From Planctomycetota bacterium (GTDB lineage: Bacteria > Planctomycetota > UBA8108 > SXIK01), in assembly GCA_965223265.1 (NCBI GenBank), contig OZ244999.1, positions 6,720,001 to 6,784,000 on the forward strand: DNA of 64,000 nt, given 5' to 3'. Positions 53,878-62,843 of the stretch are shown in pieces (the stretch's first letter is position 1; every line of letters begins with the position of its first letter). Position numbers and translations under genes: made by a program. Below the pieces are notes generated by a model. It was not told the origin of the DNA. It made no database searches and was given only the letters and a program-made list of their open reading frames with translations.

Positions 53878-55944
53878 ATGATCGTGCAAAACGTGACTGC
53901 GGAACCGAAGGCAAAAGCGCCTGTGATCCGTTATCCCGGCATCCCCGGGACGGCCGATGGGACGAACATCATCGTCTATATCGAGACCCGAGCCACACAG
54001 GGTTCTGCGGCCTACCCCATCACATCCTCGACGCAGATGGGCACGGGCTACCAAGCAGCTGTAGCTAACGGATTTCGCAACGTCTGGGATCAGCCCCTGC
54101 AATGGATGGAGATGGAGTCGGAGCACTCCTCGGCGACGGGCTGTGAGGGCTTCGCGCTCGCCGGTGGCCGAGTGACCAACTTCACTTCCGGCCAGGGACT
54201 GATCCTCATGAAGGAAGTCCTCTACACGATCTCCGGCAAGCGACTTCCAGCAGTGTTTCACATCGCTGCCCGCGCCTTGACGTCGCATTCACTCAACGTC
54301 CATGCAGGCCACGACGACGTCATGGGCGTGGTCGACTGCGGCTGGGGCATGCTGTTCGCCAAAAACGTCCAGGACGCCGGAGACCTTTGCCTCATCACCC
54401 GGCGCGTTGCAGAGGACACGCTGACTCCGTTCATGAACATCCAGGACGGATTCCTGACGACGCACACCATCGAAAACGTGTTGTTCCCAGAGGATGACTT
54501 AATCCGAGAATTCCTCGGCCGCCCCGAAGACCGCATTCAAAAGGTTTTCGACCCGGCCAATCCGCTCATGAGCGGCGTCGTGCAAAACCAGGACAGCTAC
54601 ATGACGGGAAAGATCGCGCAGCGATTCTTTTATGACCGTGTGCGCGAGCGGATGCAGGTGGCGTTCGACGAATTCGAACGCCTGACGGGGCGGCGCTACG
54701 ATCTCATCCAGACCCATGCGCTGGACGATGCCGAGTACGCGATCGTGTCGATGGGGTCAACCTCGGAAACTGCCATGGCGACGGTCGACCACCTGCGCTC
54801 GCTCGGCTACCGCGTCGGTGTCGTCGATGTCACGGCGTTCCGTCCATTCCCCGGGCCCGAGCTCGTCCGCGCGCTGAGTCACCTACGGGCGTTTGCAGTG
54901 ATTGAACGTCTCGACATTCCGCTCGCGGTTGACAACCCGCTCACTGCGGAGATCGAGACGGCCTTCGCGAAGGCGATCATGCGGACCGAGGGTTATCCCG
55001 AAATCGATCGTGTTCCTCGCTGTTACTCAGGCTGCGCCGGACTTGGTTCGCGTGACGTGACACCTGGTCAAATGGTCGCATGCGTCAAGAACATGGCGGA
55101 CGGTACTGCCGACTCGAACGGCTGGAAGGGAAAGCGATTCTTCGTTCTCGGCATCGACTACAAGGACGCGCTCGATGTCGAAGACGAGCCGGACGTGCGA
55201 CCTCCGGGATCCTTCTCGATCCGCGGTCACTCCGTTGGTGGCTATGGTTCGGTGACGACGAACAAAGTCATTGCAAAGTGCCTCGGCGACATCTTCGGAT
55301 TCTCGGTTCAAGCGTCGCCGAAGTATGGCTCCGAAAAGAAGGGGCTTCCTACCAACACCTATTTGACGATCACGAGCAGCGGCAAAATCCAGACGCACGC
55401 AGAGCTGCAGCAGGTTGAGTTCGTACCTCTTTTGGATCCGAACACCTGGGCGATGGGCAACCCACTGGTCGGTTTGCAGGCAGGTGGCGCGGTGTTTCAG
55501 CACACCGACTGCGAAGAGCCGGGCGGTTTCTGGCAGACGATCCCTGACTGGGCGAAGTACTTCATGCTTGAAAACAACATTCGCCTCTACGGCGTTGACA
55601 CGGTGCGCATCGCCCGCGAGTGTTGTCGCGCTGACGACTCGCTCGTTCAGCGTTTCCAGGGCATCGTGCTGCTCGGCGTCTTTCTCAAGGTCACACCTTT
55701 CAATACCGATGCCGGACTTGAGGACGAGGAGCTGTTCGAACGCGTTGAGACGCCACTGCGCTATTACTTCGGCAAGCGTGGAGACCAGGTGATCGCGGAC
55801 AACTTAAACGCAGTCCGTAAAGGTTACGCCGAGGTCTTCGAAGTGTCTCGTTCCGTGATGGAAAAGACTCCCGCTGACGTCATCGCAGCCGGCAAAGAAG
55901 AGTGGGATGCCAAGGGCAAGGACACGAACGCGTTTTTCATCTAA
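53878..55944 (+). CDS. 2-oxoacid (pyruvate):ferredoxin oxidoreductase, N-terminal half (alpha+gamma domains)
   Basis: YPITSST, ESEHS, TSGQGLILM, QDGFLTTH, GSEKKG. Confidence 0.92.
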   Translation: MIVQNVTAEPKAKAPVIRYPGIPGTADGTNIIVYIETRATQGSAAYPITSSTQMGTGYQAAVANGFRNVWDQPLQWMEMESEHSSATGCEGFALAGGRVTNFTSGQGLILMKEVLYTISGKRLPAVFHIAARALTSHSLNVHAGHDDVMGVVDCGWGMLFAKNVQDAGDLCLITRRVAEDTLTPFMNIQDGFLTTHTIENVLFPEDDLIREFLGRPEDRIQKVFDPANPLMSGVVQNQDSYMTGKIAQRFFYDRVRERMQVAFDEFERLTGRRYDLIQTHALDDAEYAIVSMGSTSETAMATVDHLRSLGYRVGVVDVTAFRPFPGPELVRALSHLRAFAVIERLDIPLAVDNPLTAEIETAFAKAIMRTEGYPEIDRVPRCYSGCAGLGSRDVTPGQMVACVKNMADGTADSNGWKGKRFFVLGIDYKDALDVEDEPDVRPPGSFSIRGHSVGGYGSVTTNKVIAKCLGDIFGFSVQASPKYGSEKKGLPTNTYLTITSSGKIQTHAELQQVEFVPLLDPNTWAMGNPLVGLQAGGAVFQHTDCEEPGGFWQTIPDWAKYFMLENNIRLYGVDTVRIARECCRADDSLVQRFQGIVLLGVFLKVTPFNTDAGLEDEELFERVETPLRYYFGKRGDQVIADNLNAVRKGYAEVFEVSRSVMEKTPADVIAAGKEEWDAKGKDTNAFFI

Positions 55945-56025
55945 CGGGCCAACCAACTTCGATACGACGATTCCTCGAATATAATAGTGGAGATACGCGC
56001 GAGCGACGCGTGGTGAGTAAACCGC

Positions 56026-57726
56026 ATGAGAAAGAATTTGAGTGACACGAGCCCGTTCGAAGGGCGTGCGAACGGCGACCGCAACGTCAGCGACACCGCA
56101 GTCGACGAGAAAGCGTTCACGATCGACGACTGGTTCAACATGAACCGCGCGAATGAAGTCGTGGAGGCCTACAACCAAGGCGGTGGCTCGGCTCTTGAAG
56201 CGGATCCGTTCGTCGCACGCTCGATCATCCCGGCGGGAACCGGAAAGGCTCGTGACTTCAGCTACATCGCGCCAGAGCTCCCGGAGCTGAACGCTGAGGC
56301 ATGCGTCGGCTGCATGGACTGCGTGACCAATTGCCCGGACACCGCAATCCTTGGCAAGGCGGTTCCCAAGGAGGTGCTCGAAGAGCAGCTAGCGCAGATT
56401 GAAGACGAGGATCATCGCGAATTCGTCCGCGAGCAGTTCGTCGAGACGACCAAGTACTACACGTCGTTTGAAAAAAAGCGCGCCAAGAAGCCCGAGCTTC
56501 CCGAAGGCGCGACGTTCGGGATCTTTATCGATCCGACGAAGTGCAAGGGCTGCGCCGAGTGCGTCGAGGTGTGCGGCGACCACGAAGCTCTCCGCATGAT
56601 TAAGAAAACCCCCGACAACCTGCCGCGCTTCCTAGCGGCGTTCGAAGCCTACAACGCGCTGCCAAACACTCGTCCAGAGCACCGGATCGTCAAGGACAAG
56701 CGCGATCTCATGCTCAACGACGACAACTTGATCTACGTTGGTGGAGCCGGAAGCTGCATGGGCTGCGGCGAGGCGTCAGTGTTGCGCCAGTTCATGGCGG
56801 CGACGGCGGAGGTCCACGGCTGTAACTGGGGAATCGTCGCCGCGACCGGGTGTAACACGGTCTACGGTTCGACGTACCCGTACAATCCGTTCATGGTGCC
56901 GTGGACGAATCCACTGTTCGAGAACGCGCCGGCTGATGCCATGGGCATCCGTGCCTACTGGGACGCGATTGGTCATCCCGAATGGCCACTTTGGGTGGTC
57001 GGCGGTGACGGCGCCATGCTCGACATTGGCTTTCAGTCACTTTCCCGCCTTCTCACCTCGGGCATGAACATCAAAGTCTTGGTGCTGGACACCCAGGTCT
57101 ACTCCAACACCGGTGGCCAAACTTCGACAGCCACTTACATTGGTCAGGAAGCCAAGATGAGCTTCCACGGCAAAGAGGTGCACGGCAAGGTCGAAGGGCG
57201 CAAGGAGCTCGGCGTGATCTGCATGATGCATCCTCGCACTTACGTGGCGCAGACCGTAGGCCCCATGGCAAAGCACTTTTACAACGCGATCGAACGCGCC
57301 AACGAGTTCGTCGGTCCCGCGGTGATCAACGTTTTCACCACTTGCCAGCCGGAGCACGGTGTCGCTGATGATATGGCCGCGGCACAGGCACGCCTGGCCG
57401 TGGAGTCACGTGCTTTCCCGGTCTTCGAATACGACCCGGACAAAGGCGATTCGCTCAAGAAGTGCTTGTCGCTTGCCGGCAACCCGAGCGCAACGCGCGA
57501 TTGGCACACTCGGATCGGTAAGGACGGCACCAAAAGGCCCGTGACGTTCCTGGAGTGGGCGAAAACCGAGGGGCGTTTCCGGAAACACTTCGACAAGGAA
57601 GGCAATCCGGTCACCGACCTCATCGAGCGTGCGCAAGAAGAACGGTTGCGCAATTGGTGGCTACTGCAGGAACTCGCCGGAGTCGAAAATGTCGACCGCA
57701 AAGCCGCGGAAGAGCAAAAAGCCTGA
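56026..57726 (+). CDS. 2-oxoacid (pyruvate):ferredoxin oxidoreductase, C-terminal half (2x[4Fe-4S] + TPP-binding beta domain)
   Basis: CVGCMDCVTNCP, CKGCAECVEVC, SCMGCGE, GGDGAMLDIG, YSNTGGQ. Confidence 0.92.
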   Translation: MRKNLSDTSPFEGRANGDRNVSDTAVDEKAFTIDDWFNMNRANEVVEAYNQGGGSALEADPFVARSIIPAGTGKARDFSYIAPELPELNAEACVGCMDCVTNCPDTAILGKAVPKEVLEEQLAQIEDEDHREFVREQFVETTKYYTSFEKKRAKKPELPEGATFGIFIDPTKCKGCAECVEVCGDHEALRMIKKTPDNLPRFLAAFEAYNALPNTRPEHRIVKDKRDLMLNDDNLIYVGGAGSCMGCGEASVLRQFMAATAEVHGCNWGIVAATGCNTVYGSTYPYNPFMVPWTNPLFENAPADAMGIRAYWDAIGHPEWPLWVVGGDGAMLDIGFQSLSRLLTSGMNIKVLVLDTQVYSNTGGQTSTATYIGQEAKMSFHGKEVHGKVEGRKELGVICMMHPRTYVAQTVGPMAKHFYNAIERANEFVGPAVINVFTTCQPEHGVADDMAAAQARLAVESRAFPVFEYDPDKGDSLKKCLSLAGNPSATRDWHTRIGKDGTKRPVTFLEWAKTEGRFRKHFDKEGNPVTDLIERAQEERLRNWWLLQELAGVENVDRKAAEEQKA

Positions 57727-58516
57727 CTTCGGCGCGGTTCAGCACCTGACGCGGGAGAAGCTGGCCGAGCCGCGGCCTTTGACGCCACAAGTGCTCGGCC
57801 ACCTCCTCAGTCAACATGAGGTCGCTAGTGACCAGGTCACTTCTTGGCTGCGTGAGAACTTGCCGCAGCTCGAGCCATACGAACTCGACTTGTTGCTCTC
57901 GCCGCTGTTCACGCCCGGTCTCGAGCAGCGTCTTTGCTTCGAGGAAGTGCTTGGCGATAGCAGTCTCAGTGAGGCGGAGGTCGACGAGTTACTTGAGACG
58001 ACCCAGCAGAGCGACGTGAAGATCACGCTACTGCACGAAAGTGAGCAGATCGAGTCACCACTTCCGGAGGTTGTCCTGGAGCGATTCGTCCGCATGCTGC
58101 ACCTCGAATCTGAAGTGCCGCGTCCGGCGCTGGATCGCTTCGGAACAATGACTGCAGAAGCGCGCTGCCACTTGCGCGATGAAGTATGGAAGAAACGCCG
58201 CAACACCGAGCTTCTGCCGTCGCTGCTGACGGCGGTTGAGCGCATCGGCAGCGACTTCCCCGGCTACGTGCATTTCCTCACTGACTTCGTGCGCACGCAT
58301 CGCCCATCGCGCTTGGAGGAATGCGTCACGTTTCTCGATAATCTTGCAGAAGCCTACGAGGACGACCTGCGCAAGCACAACTCCGGCACGCGCTCTTTTT
58401 TCAGCGAGGAGCTGCAAGCTTCTCACGCAGGTCGCTGGCGCGTCGATGAGACGGTCGTCGATACGCACAAGCGCATGATCACGATGGCCCGGACGGTGCG
58501 GGAGATGCTGGTCTGA
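57689..58516 (+). CDS. Hypothetical protein overlapping the end of the PFOR beta gene
   Basis: 275-aa ORF with protein-like composition; LLSPLFTP motif; no family recognised. Confidence 0.7.
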   Translation: MSTAKPRKSKKPDFGAVQHLTREKLAEPRPLTPQVLGHLLSQHEVASDQVTSWLRENLPQLEPYELDLLLSPLFTPGLEQRLCFEEVLGDSSLSEAEVDELLETTQQSDVKITLLHESEQIESPLPEVVLERFVRMLHLESEVPRPALDRFGTMTAEARCHLRDEVWKKRRNTELLPSLLTAVERIGSDFPGYVHFLTDFVRTHRPSRLEECVTFLDNLAEAYEDDLRKHNSGTRSFFSEELQASHAGRWRVDETVVDTHKRMITMARTVREMLV

Positions 58517-58649
58517 AAGACCGCCACACCGCCTGAGAGACGAACCGCAGTTCGTCGCTCACTCGCCCTGCCGCGGAGCAATTCAGCATGGACGGGGGAG
58601 CATAGCGCGGGCCTGGCCTCTGCAGTGGCGCGGCGAAGCGAGGATGCGG

Positions 58650-59079
58650 GTTTGCGTTTGCGTGGGCGTGGGCGCCTCTTAAAGTGGCAGGCACTCTCCG
58701 AGTGCCGTGGCCGCAGAGAAGACGGACGGCACTCGGAGAGTGCCTGCTACTATTGGGCGCCCGGTGGCGGAAAACTTGCCCGGATTCGAGGGCTCTTTGA
58801 GTTTTCCTTTGCCGCACCGGTTTGCGTTTGCGTTTGCGTTTGCGTTTGCGTTTGCGTTTGCGTGGGCGTGGGCGTGGGCGCCTCTTAAAGTGGCAGGCAC
58901 TCTCCGAGTGCCGTGGCCGCAGAGAAGACGGACGGCACTCGGAGAGTGCCTGCTACTATTGGGCGCCCGGTGGCGGAAAACTTGCCCGGATTCGAGGGCT
59001 CTTTGAGTTTTCCTTTGCCGCACCGATTTGCGTTTGCGTTTGCGTTTGCGTGGGAAGGGGAGGGGGAGGCGGAGTGGGA
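58650..59079. repeat. Tandem duplication (offset 206 bp) of a REP-like palindrome unit separated by (GTTTGC)n/(GTGGGC)n microsatellites
   Basis: 58673-58819 identical to 58879-59025; 25-bp inverted arms 58684-58708/58726-58750 (and +206); (GTTTGC)7 at 58820-58861. Confidence 0.92.
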
Positions 59080-59235
59080 GGTCACCGTACGGCGGCGGTC
59101 TTGTCGAGCGTACGCGGTGCTCGCGGGTGTGAAGTCGAGCACACAATGCACCTCCAACCTTCCGCTGTCGTAAGTCCTTTCGGTGTAAGCCGACGTAATC
59201 TGACGAATCTTTGATACAACCCGGTCGATTTACCT

Positions 59236-61326
59236 TCATAGGTCGTCGAAGAGCGTCATCTGGTTCTTCGCGCAGCCCTCCTTAGGCGGGAATCGACCCG
59301 TCGCCTTGAGCGTCGCCACGAGGCTCCGGACTCCTGGGGAGTCCAGCTCGTGGCGAGAGACGCGCCAGGGGGCGAACTCGGCGACTTGGTTTTTCCTGAT
59401 CAATCCTCGTTCGACAAGCGTACGTAATGCTATCGAGGAAACTCCTAGGTACTTGCTGGCGCCGTTCATCGACAACGCATCATCGGAGGACTGCGCTGAA
59501 TTGATACCGTTGTGTTTGCGAAATTCGGTCACCTTGTCTTTGGTCCACCGTGTGGTCGTGAGCCTTCGTCTGTTAAGCACTAAGGCAATCTCGCTGTCAC
59601 TATGCGCCGCGGCGCTGAGCCGCTTGATCAGCTCGAGCACCGAAACTTCCCTTGATGCCTTCGGAGAGGGGAATCGCAACAGCTCGGAGGTAGAGTGTAC
59701 GCCGCCCTTCCAGTGAATCGTCAATTCCAGGCGGCGACTTTGCCGATTGGATCCAACGAGCTCGCCGCTCTCCTTGATCATGATCTCGTGAATCGCTGCT
59801 CGCAGCAGAGTCTTCTTCAGCCTGACATCAATCGTCGATCGCCAGACCAACTGGAAGTTCCGTGCGAGAGTCTCGAGACGTTTTCGCTCTGCGACAGTCA
59901 ACGTCAATCTCGACGACTGCTGCTTGTGGAGTGTCTCCTTTGCCTCGGCAAGCCGCTGAAGCTTGTCGTTGAGACGTTTCTCGAGGTTGTCCGCAACAAG
60001 GCGATTCCTCGGATCGCACGCGTCGAACTGTTCGAATGCATGACTGGCGGCGTACTGCGCAGCCTCGACCTGCTGCTTCGCGTAGTTCAACTCGTCGGCT
60101 CGGCTCTTCTCGATCTGCTCGAACGCCCTGGTCGCAGCCTCGATCCCCGAGGAGTCAAGCGCTCGACACAACTGCTGCGCGACGATCGGGTCAACGCGAC
60201 ATGCCCCAACAGAGAGACAAATGCGTGAGTTCCCCTTTCGTGTGCCGTCGCAGTAATAGAAGGCCTTCTCGTATCGGTACCGGACCTTCAGCTGATCGCC
60301 ACAGTGACCACAACGCAACATCCCCGCCAGGAGAGCCTGGCCTTCCCGCGCGGCTCCTCGGTTGCCGTCGAGCCCTCTTCGCGGTCGATTCTGCGATAGC
60401 TTCTTCAAGTTCGCTTCGTACTCTGACCAATCGATGTAGGCTGGGTGATGGTCACGGATCATCACCCGAGCTTCACCAGGATCTTGCCGACGTTCACGCT
60501 GTTTGACCAGCCTCCCATCGGCGATCTTGCTTGTCGTCCTTGAACGACCCCAAGCGTAGACTCCAGCATAGGTCGGATTGACCAGGAGGTTGTGTAGCGA
60601 CTTGGCCGACGGCACCGCCCACCTGACCGTCTTGTTGCCCAAGCCCCGACTCGGAAACTCGATCCCCGCGTCTCGGTAATGCAATGCGAGCTGTCGGGCA
60701 CTACTGGAGCCACGGAAGTCCTGAAAGACACGGCGGATCGCGGTACGGATTCTCTCGTCGGGATCGAAGACAATCTCAGTGTCGTCGTAGACGTAGCCGA
60801 TCGGTAACTGAATCCACAGCTCACCTCGCTTCGCTTTCGCCTGCTGACCTAGGCGCAACCGCAAGCGAATCGTCGCAAGCTCGGCTTCTGAGATCGAGCC
60901 ACGGATGCCGATCAACAGTCTGTCGTTAGAGAGCGACAGATCGTAGACCTGCTCGGTGTCCGCGATCAGCGTATTGAAGTGCTGACAAAGCTCCATCAGT
61001 CGCGCCCAGTCCACCGAATTCCTCGACAGTCGGGAAATCTCGAGACAGAAGATAATCCCGACTTCCCCGGCAATGACCCAGCTCTTCAGTTTCTCGAAGC
61101 CGGGGCGATCGACGAATCCAGAAGCCGACTCGCCGAGATCGTCCTCGATGAGAATCGGCTCGCGCCAGCCAAGATCGACCGCCTTGTGCCTCAGTTCGCG
61201 TTGCAGGCGCGTGCTCTCTTCGTTGTTCTTCACCTGTGTTGGCGACGATTGACGAATGTATACTACTGCCGCGCGCCTGAGGTGCTCGGTAGTGACGCCA
61301 CCTGGATGATTGCTATCGATCCTCAT
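59236..61326 (-). CDS. Large serine recombinase (resolvase, recombinase, Zn-ribbon, C-terminal HTH)
   Basis: YIRQSS catalytic Ser, RPGF, SRLSRN, PIGY, CGHCG..YYC..C. Confidence 0.93.
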   Translation of the reverse strand: MRIDSNHPGGVTTEHLRRAAVVYIRQSSPTQVKNNEESTRLQRELRHKAVDLGWREPILIEDDLGESASGFVDRPGFEKLKSWVIAGEVGIIFCLEISRLSRNSVDWARLMELCQHFNTLIADTEQVYDLSLSNDRLLIGIRGSISEAELATIRLRLRLGQQAKAKRGELWIQLPIGYVYDDTEIVFDPDERIRTAIRRVFQDFRGSSSARQLALHYRDAGIEFPSRGLGNKTVRWAVPSAKSLHNLLVNPTYAGVYAWGRSRTTSKIADGRLVKQRERRQDPGEARVMIRDHHPAYIDWSEYEANLKKLSQNRPRRGLDGNRGAAREGQALLAGMLRCGHCGDQLKVRYRYEKAFYYCDGTRKGNSRICLSVGACRVDPIVAQQLCRALDSSGIEAATRAFEQIEKSRADELNYAKQQVEAAQYAASHAFEQFDACDPRNRLVADNLEKRLNDKLQRLAEAKETLHKQQSSRLTLTVAERKRLETLARNFQLVWRSTIDVRLKKTLLRAAIHEIMIKESGELVGSNRQSRRLELTIHWKGGVHSTSELLRFPSPKASREVSVLELIKRLSAAAHSDSEIALVLNRRRLTTTRWTKDKVTEFRKHNGINSAQSSDDALSMNGASKYLGVSSIALRTLVERGLIRKNQVAEFAPWRVSRHELDSPGVRSLVATLKATGRFPPKEGCAKNQMTLFDDL

Positions 61327-61480
61327 CGTTCTCGCCCTCCACACCGTGGTTCTCGATGATCGCCTGCAGGAGAATCGCCACTGCCCGAGCGATTTCCTCC
61401 CGCTCCTTCGCGCTCAGCACTGCGAGCACGCTTTGATCTTCCGGCGGCAAGAACGGTAGAGTAAGCTGCGTCCACACCAT
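61313..61480 (-). CDS. Small accessory protein of the recombinase element
   Basis: GAGGAGG RBS before ATG 61480; MVWTQLTLPFL..EIARAVAILLQ; overlaps recombinase start. Confidence 0.6.
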   Translation of the reverse strand: MVWTQLTLPFLPPEDQSVLAVLSAKEREEIARAVAILLQAIIENHGVEGENDEDR

Positions 61481-61772
61481 CGTCCTCCTCCTTGGTTCGA
61501 GTTGGTTCTGAGTCAAGGATGGACGATGGTGCTTCTTGGAGTCGAGACTCTACGATCGCCGCAATGACGAGGAGCTCCTCCACGTCGATGTGGGGCGATC
61601 TACACAGCTCCACCCACATAGCGCTCTCCTCGGTCATCCAGCACGGCACCAAGAGCTGGCGCTTCTCGATTTGAACCAAGTAGCAGGGCGGTTCTCTCGA
61701 GGTCCGCCGAACGACCGGCAGAGAGCGTCCCGCAAGGGGGTGGTAGGGATAGAAGACCGTTACGGTCGTCAA
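61323..61772 (-). CDS. DUF5372/Y4bD-like protein of the recombinase element
   Basis: VTVFYPYHPLAG..LVPCWMT motifs; no convincing RBS or start. Confidence 0.6.
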   Translation of the reverse strand: MTTVTVFYPYHPLAGRSLPVVRRTSREPPCYLVQIEKRQLLVPCWMTEESAMWVELCRSPHIDVEELLVIAAIVESRLQEAPSSILDSEPTRTKEEDDGVDAAYSTVLAAGRSKRARSAEREGAGGNRSGSGDSPAGDHREPRCGGRER

Positions 61773-61923
61773 ACCAACATCAGTGTGGGCTACCCGTGGT
61801 CAGGGGTGCCTTCGCTGCGCTCGGCGCTGCGCGCCCTTGACACCCACTCCGCTCCGCGTTGGGGGGTGGAGTACCGCCGCCCGGACGCGGCGGGCTCTTG
61901 ACTCACCGTTTCGGAGGCTTCTC

Positions 61924-62247
61924 ATGCGCTTCATCGCTCTCGATGTCAGTCTCAGTTTGATTCGCGACTTGCGGGCTCCATTGCTGCGGCTTCGGAGGCT
62001 TGATCCAGATCTCCATCGGCAGATTCGGCGGGCTGCTTCTTCCGTCGCGCTCAATCTCTCGGAGGGTGCCGAGCGCGCTGGAAAGGATCGGCTGCACCTC
62101 TATCGCGTTGCCCGCGGCAGTGCCCGGGAGGTCGAGACTGCCCTGCAGCTCTCGGTGGCCTGGGGCGATCTCAAGACCGAAGACGTCTCAGTGCCTCTCC
62201 AGACCCTCGATCGACTCCTAGCTCTTCTCAGCGGACTCACGCGCTGA
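61924..62247 (+). CDS. Four-helix-bundle protein (23S rRNA IVP/Avd-like family)
   Basis: QIRRAASSVALNLSEG..ARGSAREVET; GGAGG RBS at 61913-61917. Confidence 0.9.
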   Translation: MRFIALDVSLSLIRDLRAPLLRLRRLDPDLHRQIRRAASSVALNLSEGAERAGKDRLHLYRVARGSAREVETALQLSVAWGDLKTEDVSVPLQTLDRLLALLSGLTR

Positions 62248-62249
62248 GC

Positions 62250-62301
62250 GAGGCGCCCGAGCGCCCGCTGCTTTCGTAGCGGGCGCTGCTCACGGCGCCT
62301 G
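62250..62301 (+). terminator. Long GC-rich hairpin directly after the four-helix-bundle gene
   Basis: AGGCGCC..GCGCCCGCTGC-TTTC-GTAGCGGGCGC..GGCGCCT; no U tract. Confidence 0.45.
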
Positions 62302-62306
62302 CGACT

Positions 62307-62530
62307 TCTGTATCTGGCCCTGTCTCCGTCATCCGAGTCCGTCTCTGGCTCTGCATCTGTATCTGTATCTGTATCTGTCTCCGTCTCTGACTCTGTCATC
62401 TGCTTCTGTATCTCTATCCGCCATCCGTCTCTGATTCTGACTCTGACCCCAACGTTGCAAAAGAGACGCGCCTTAAGACCGTGCGCGATTGCGATTGAGT
62501 GAGAGTTTGCGTGTGGGTGTGCGTGGGCGA
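62307..62530. repeat. Degenerate hexamer microsatellites (TCTGTA/TCTGAC/TCCGTC, then GTTTGC/GTGGGC-like)
   Basis: Period-6 tracts read directly, e.g. (TCTGTA)3 near 62356-62373. Confidence 0.8.
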
Positions 62531-62843
62531 GGGGGAACACGGCACACCGTCAACCTCACCAAACGTGAGGTCCGCCGCGACGTCCTTCAACTGCCGATCG
62601 AACCTCAGGGAAAGGGTTTCTGAGCCCTTCCTGCGAAAACTTATGCAACTGTCGGGTCCGTCTCTGATTCTGCCTCCGCCTCTCCCCCGCCTCAAAACCC
62701 GCCGCGCCAAATCGCACGGTAGCCCGCCATGCATAGTGGCGGACGCTTCGCTTGAAGTGACGTCGTATCGCTTCCGCGTCTGGTCGCCCCGTCAATCAAG
62801 CAACGAGACGTTCCCGCGAGTGCCCCCAAACAAATCGAGCCTC

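Larger units (their letters stand above)
59138..61791 (-). mobile_element. IS-sized three-gene serine-recombinase element (~2.65 kb)
   Basis: DUF5372-like gene + small ORF + large serine recombinase; imperfect inverted ends AGCACACAATG / AGCCCACACTG (9/11). Confidence 0.7.

Noticed and set aside
58650-59079. Possible CRISPR array
   Set aside because: Two long identical units with microsatellites, no unique spacers and no cas genes.
58479-59239. ORFs with FAFAFA/ANANAN/CVCVCV runs (also ETDTDT in 62100-62540)
   Set aside because: Translations of hexamer microsatellites.
61924-62247. Possible DGR (Avd-like gene)
   Set aside because: No reverse transcriptase and no TR/VR pair with adenine-specific differences seen.
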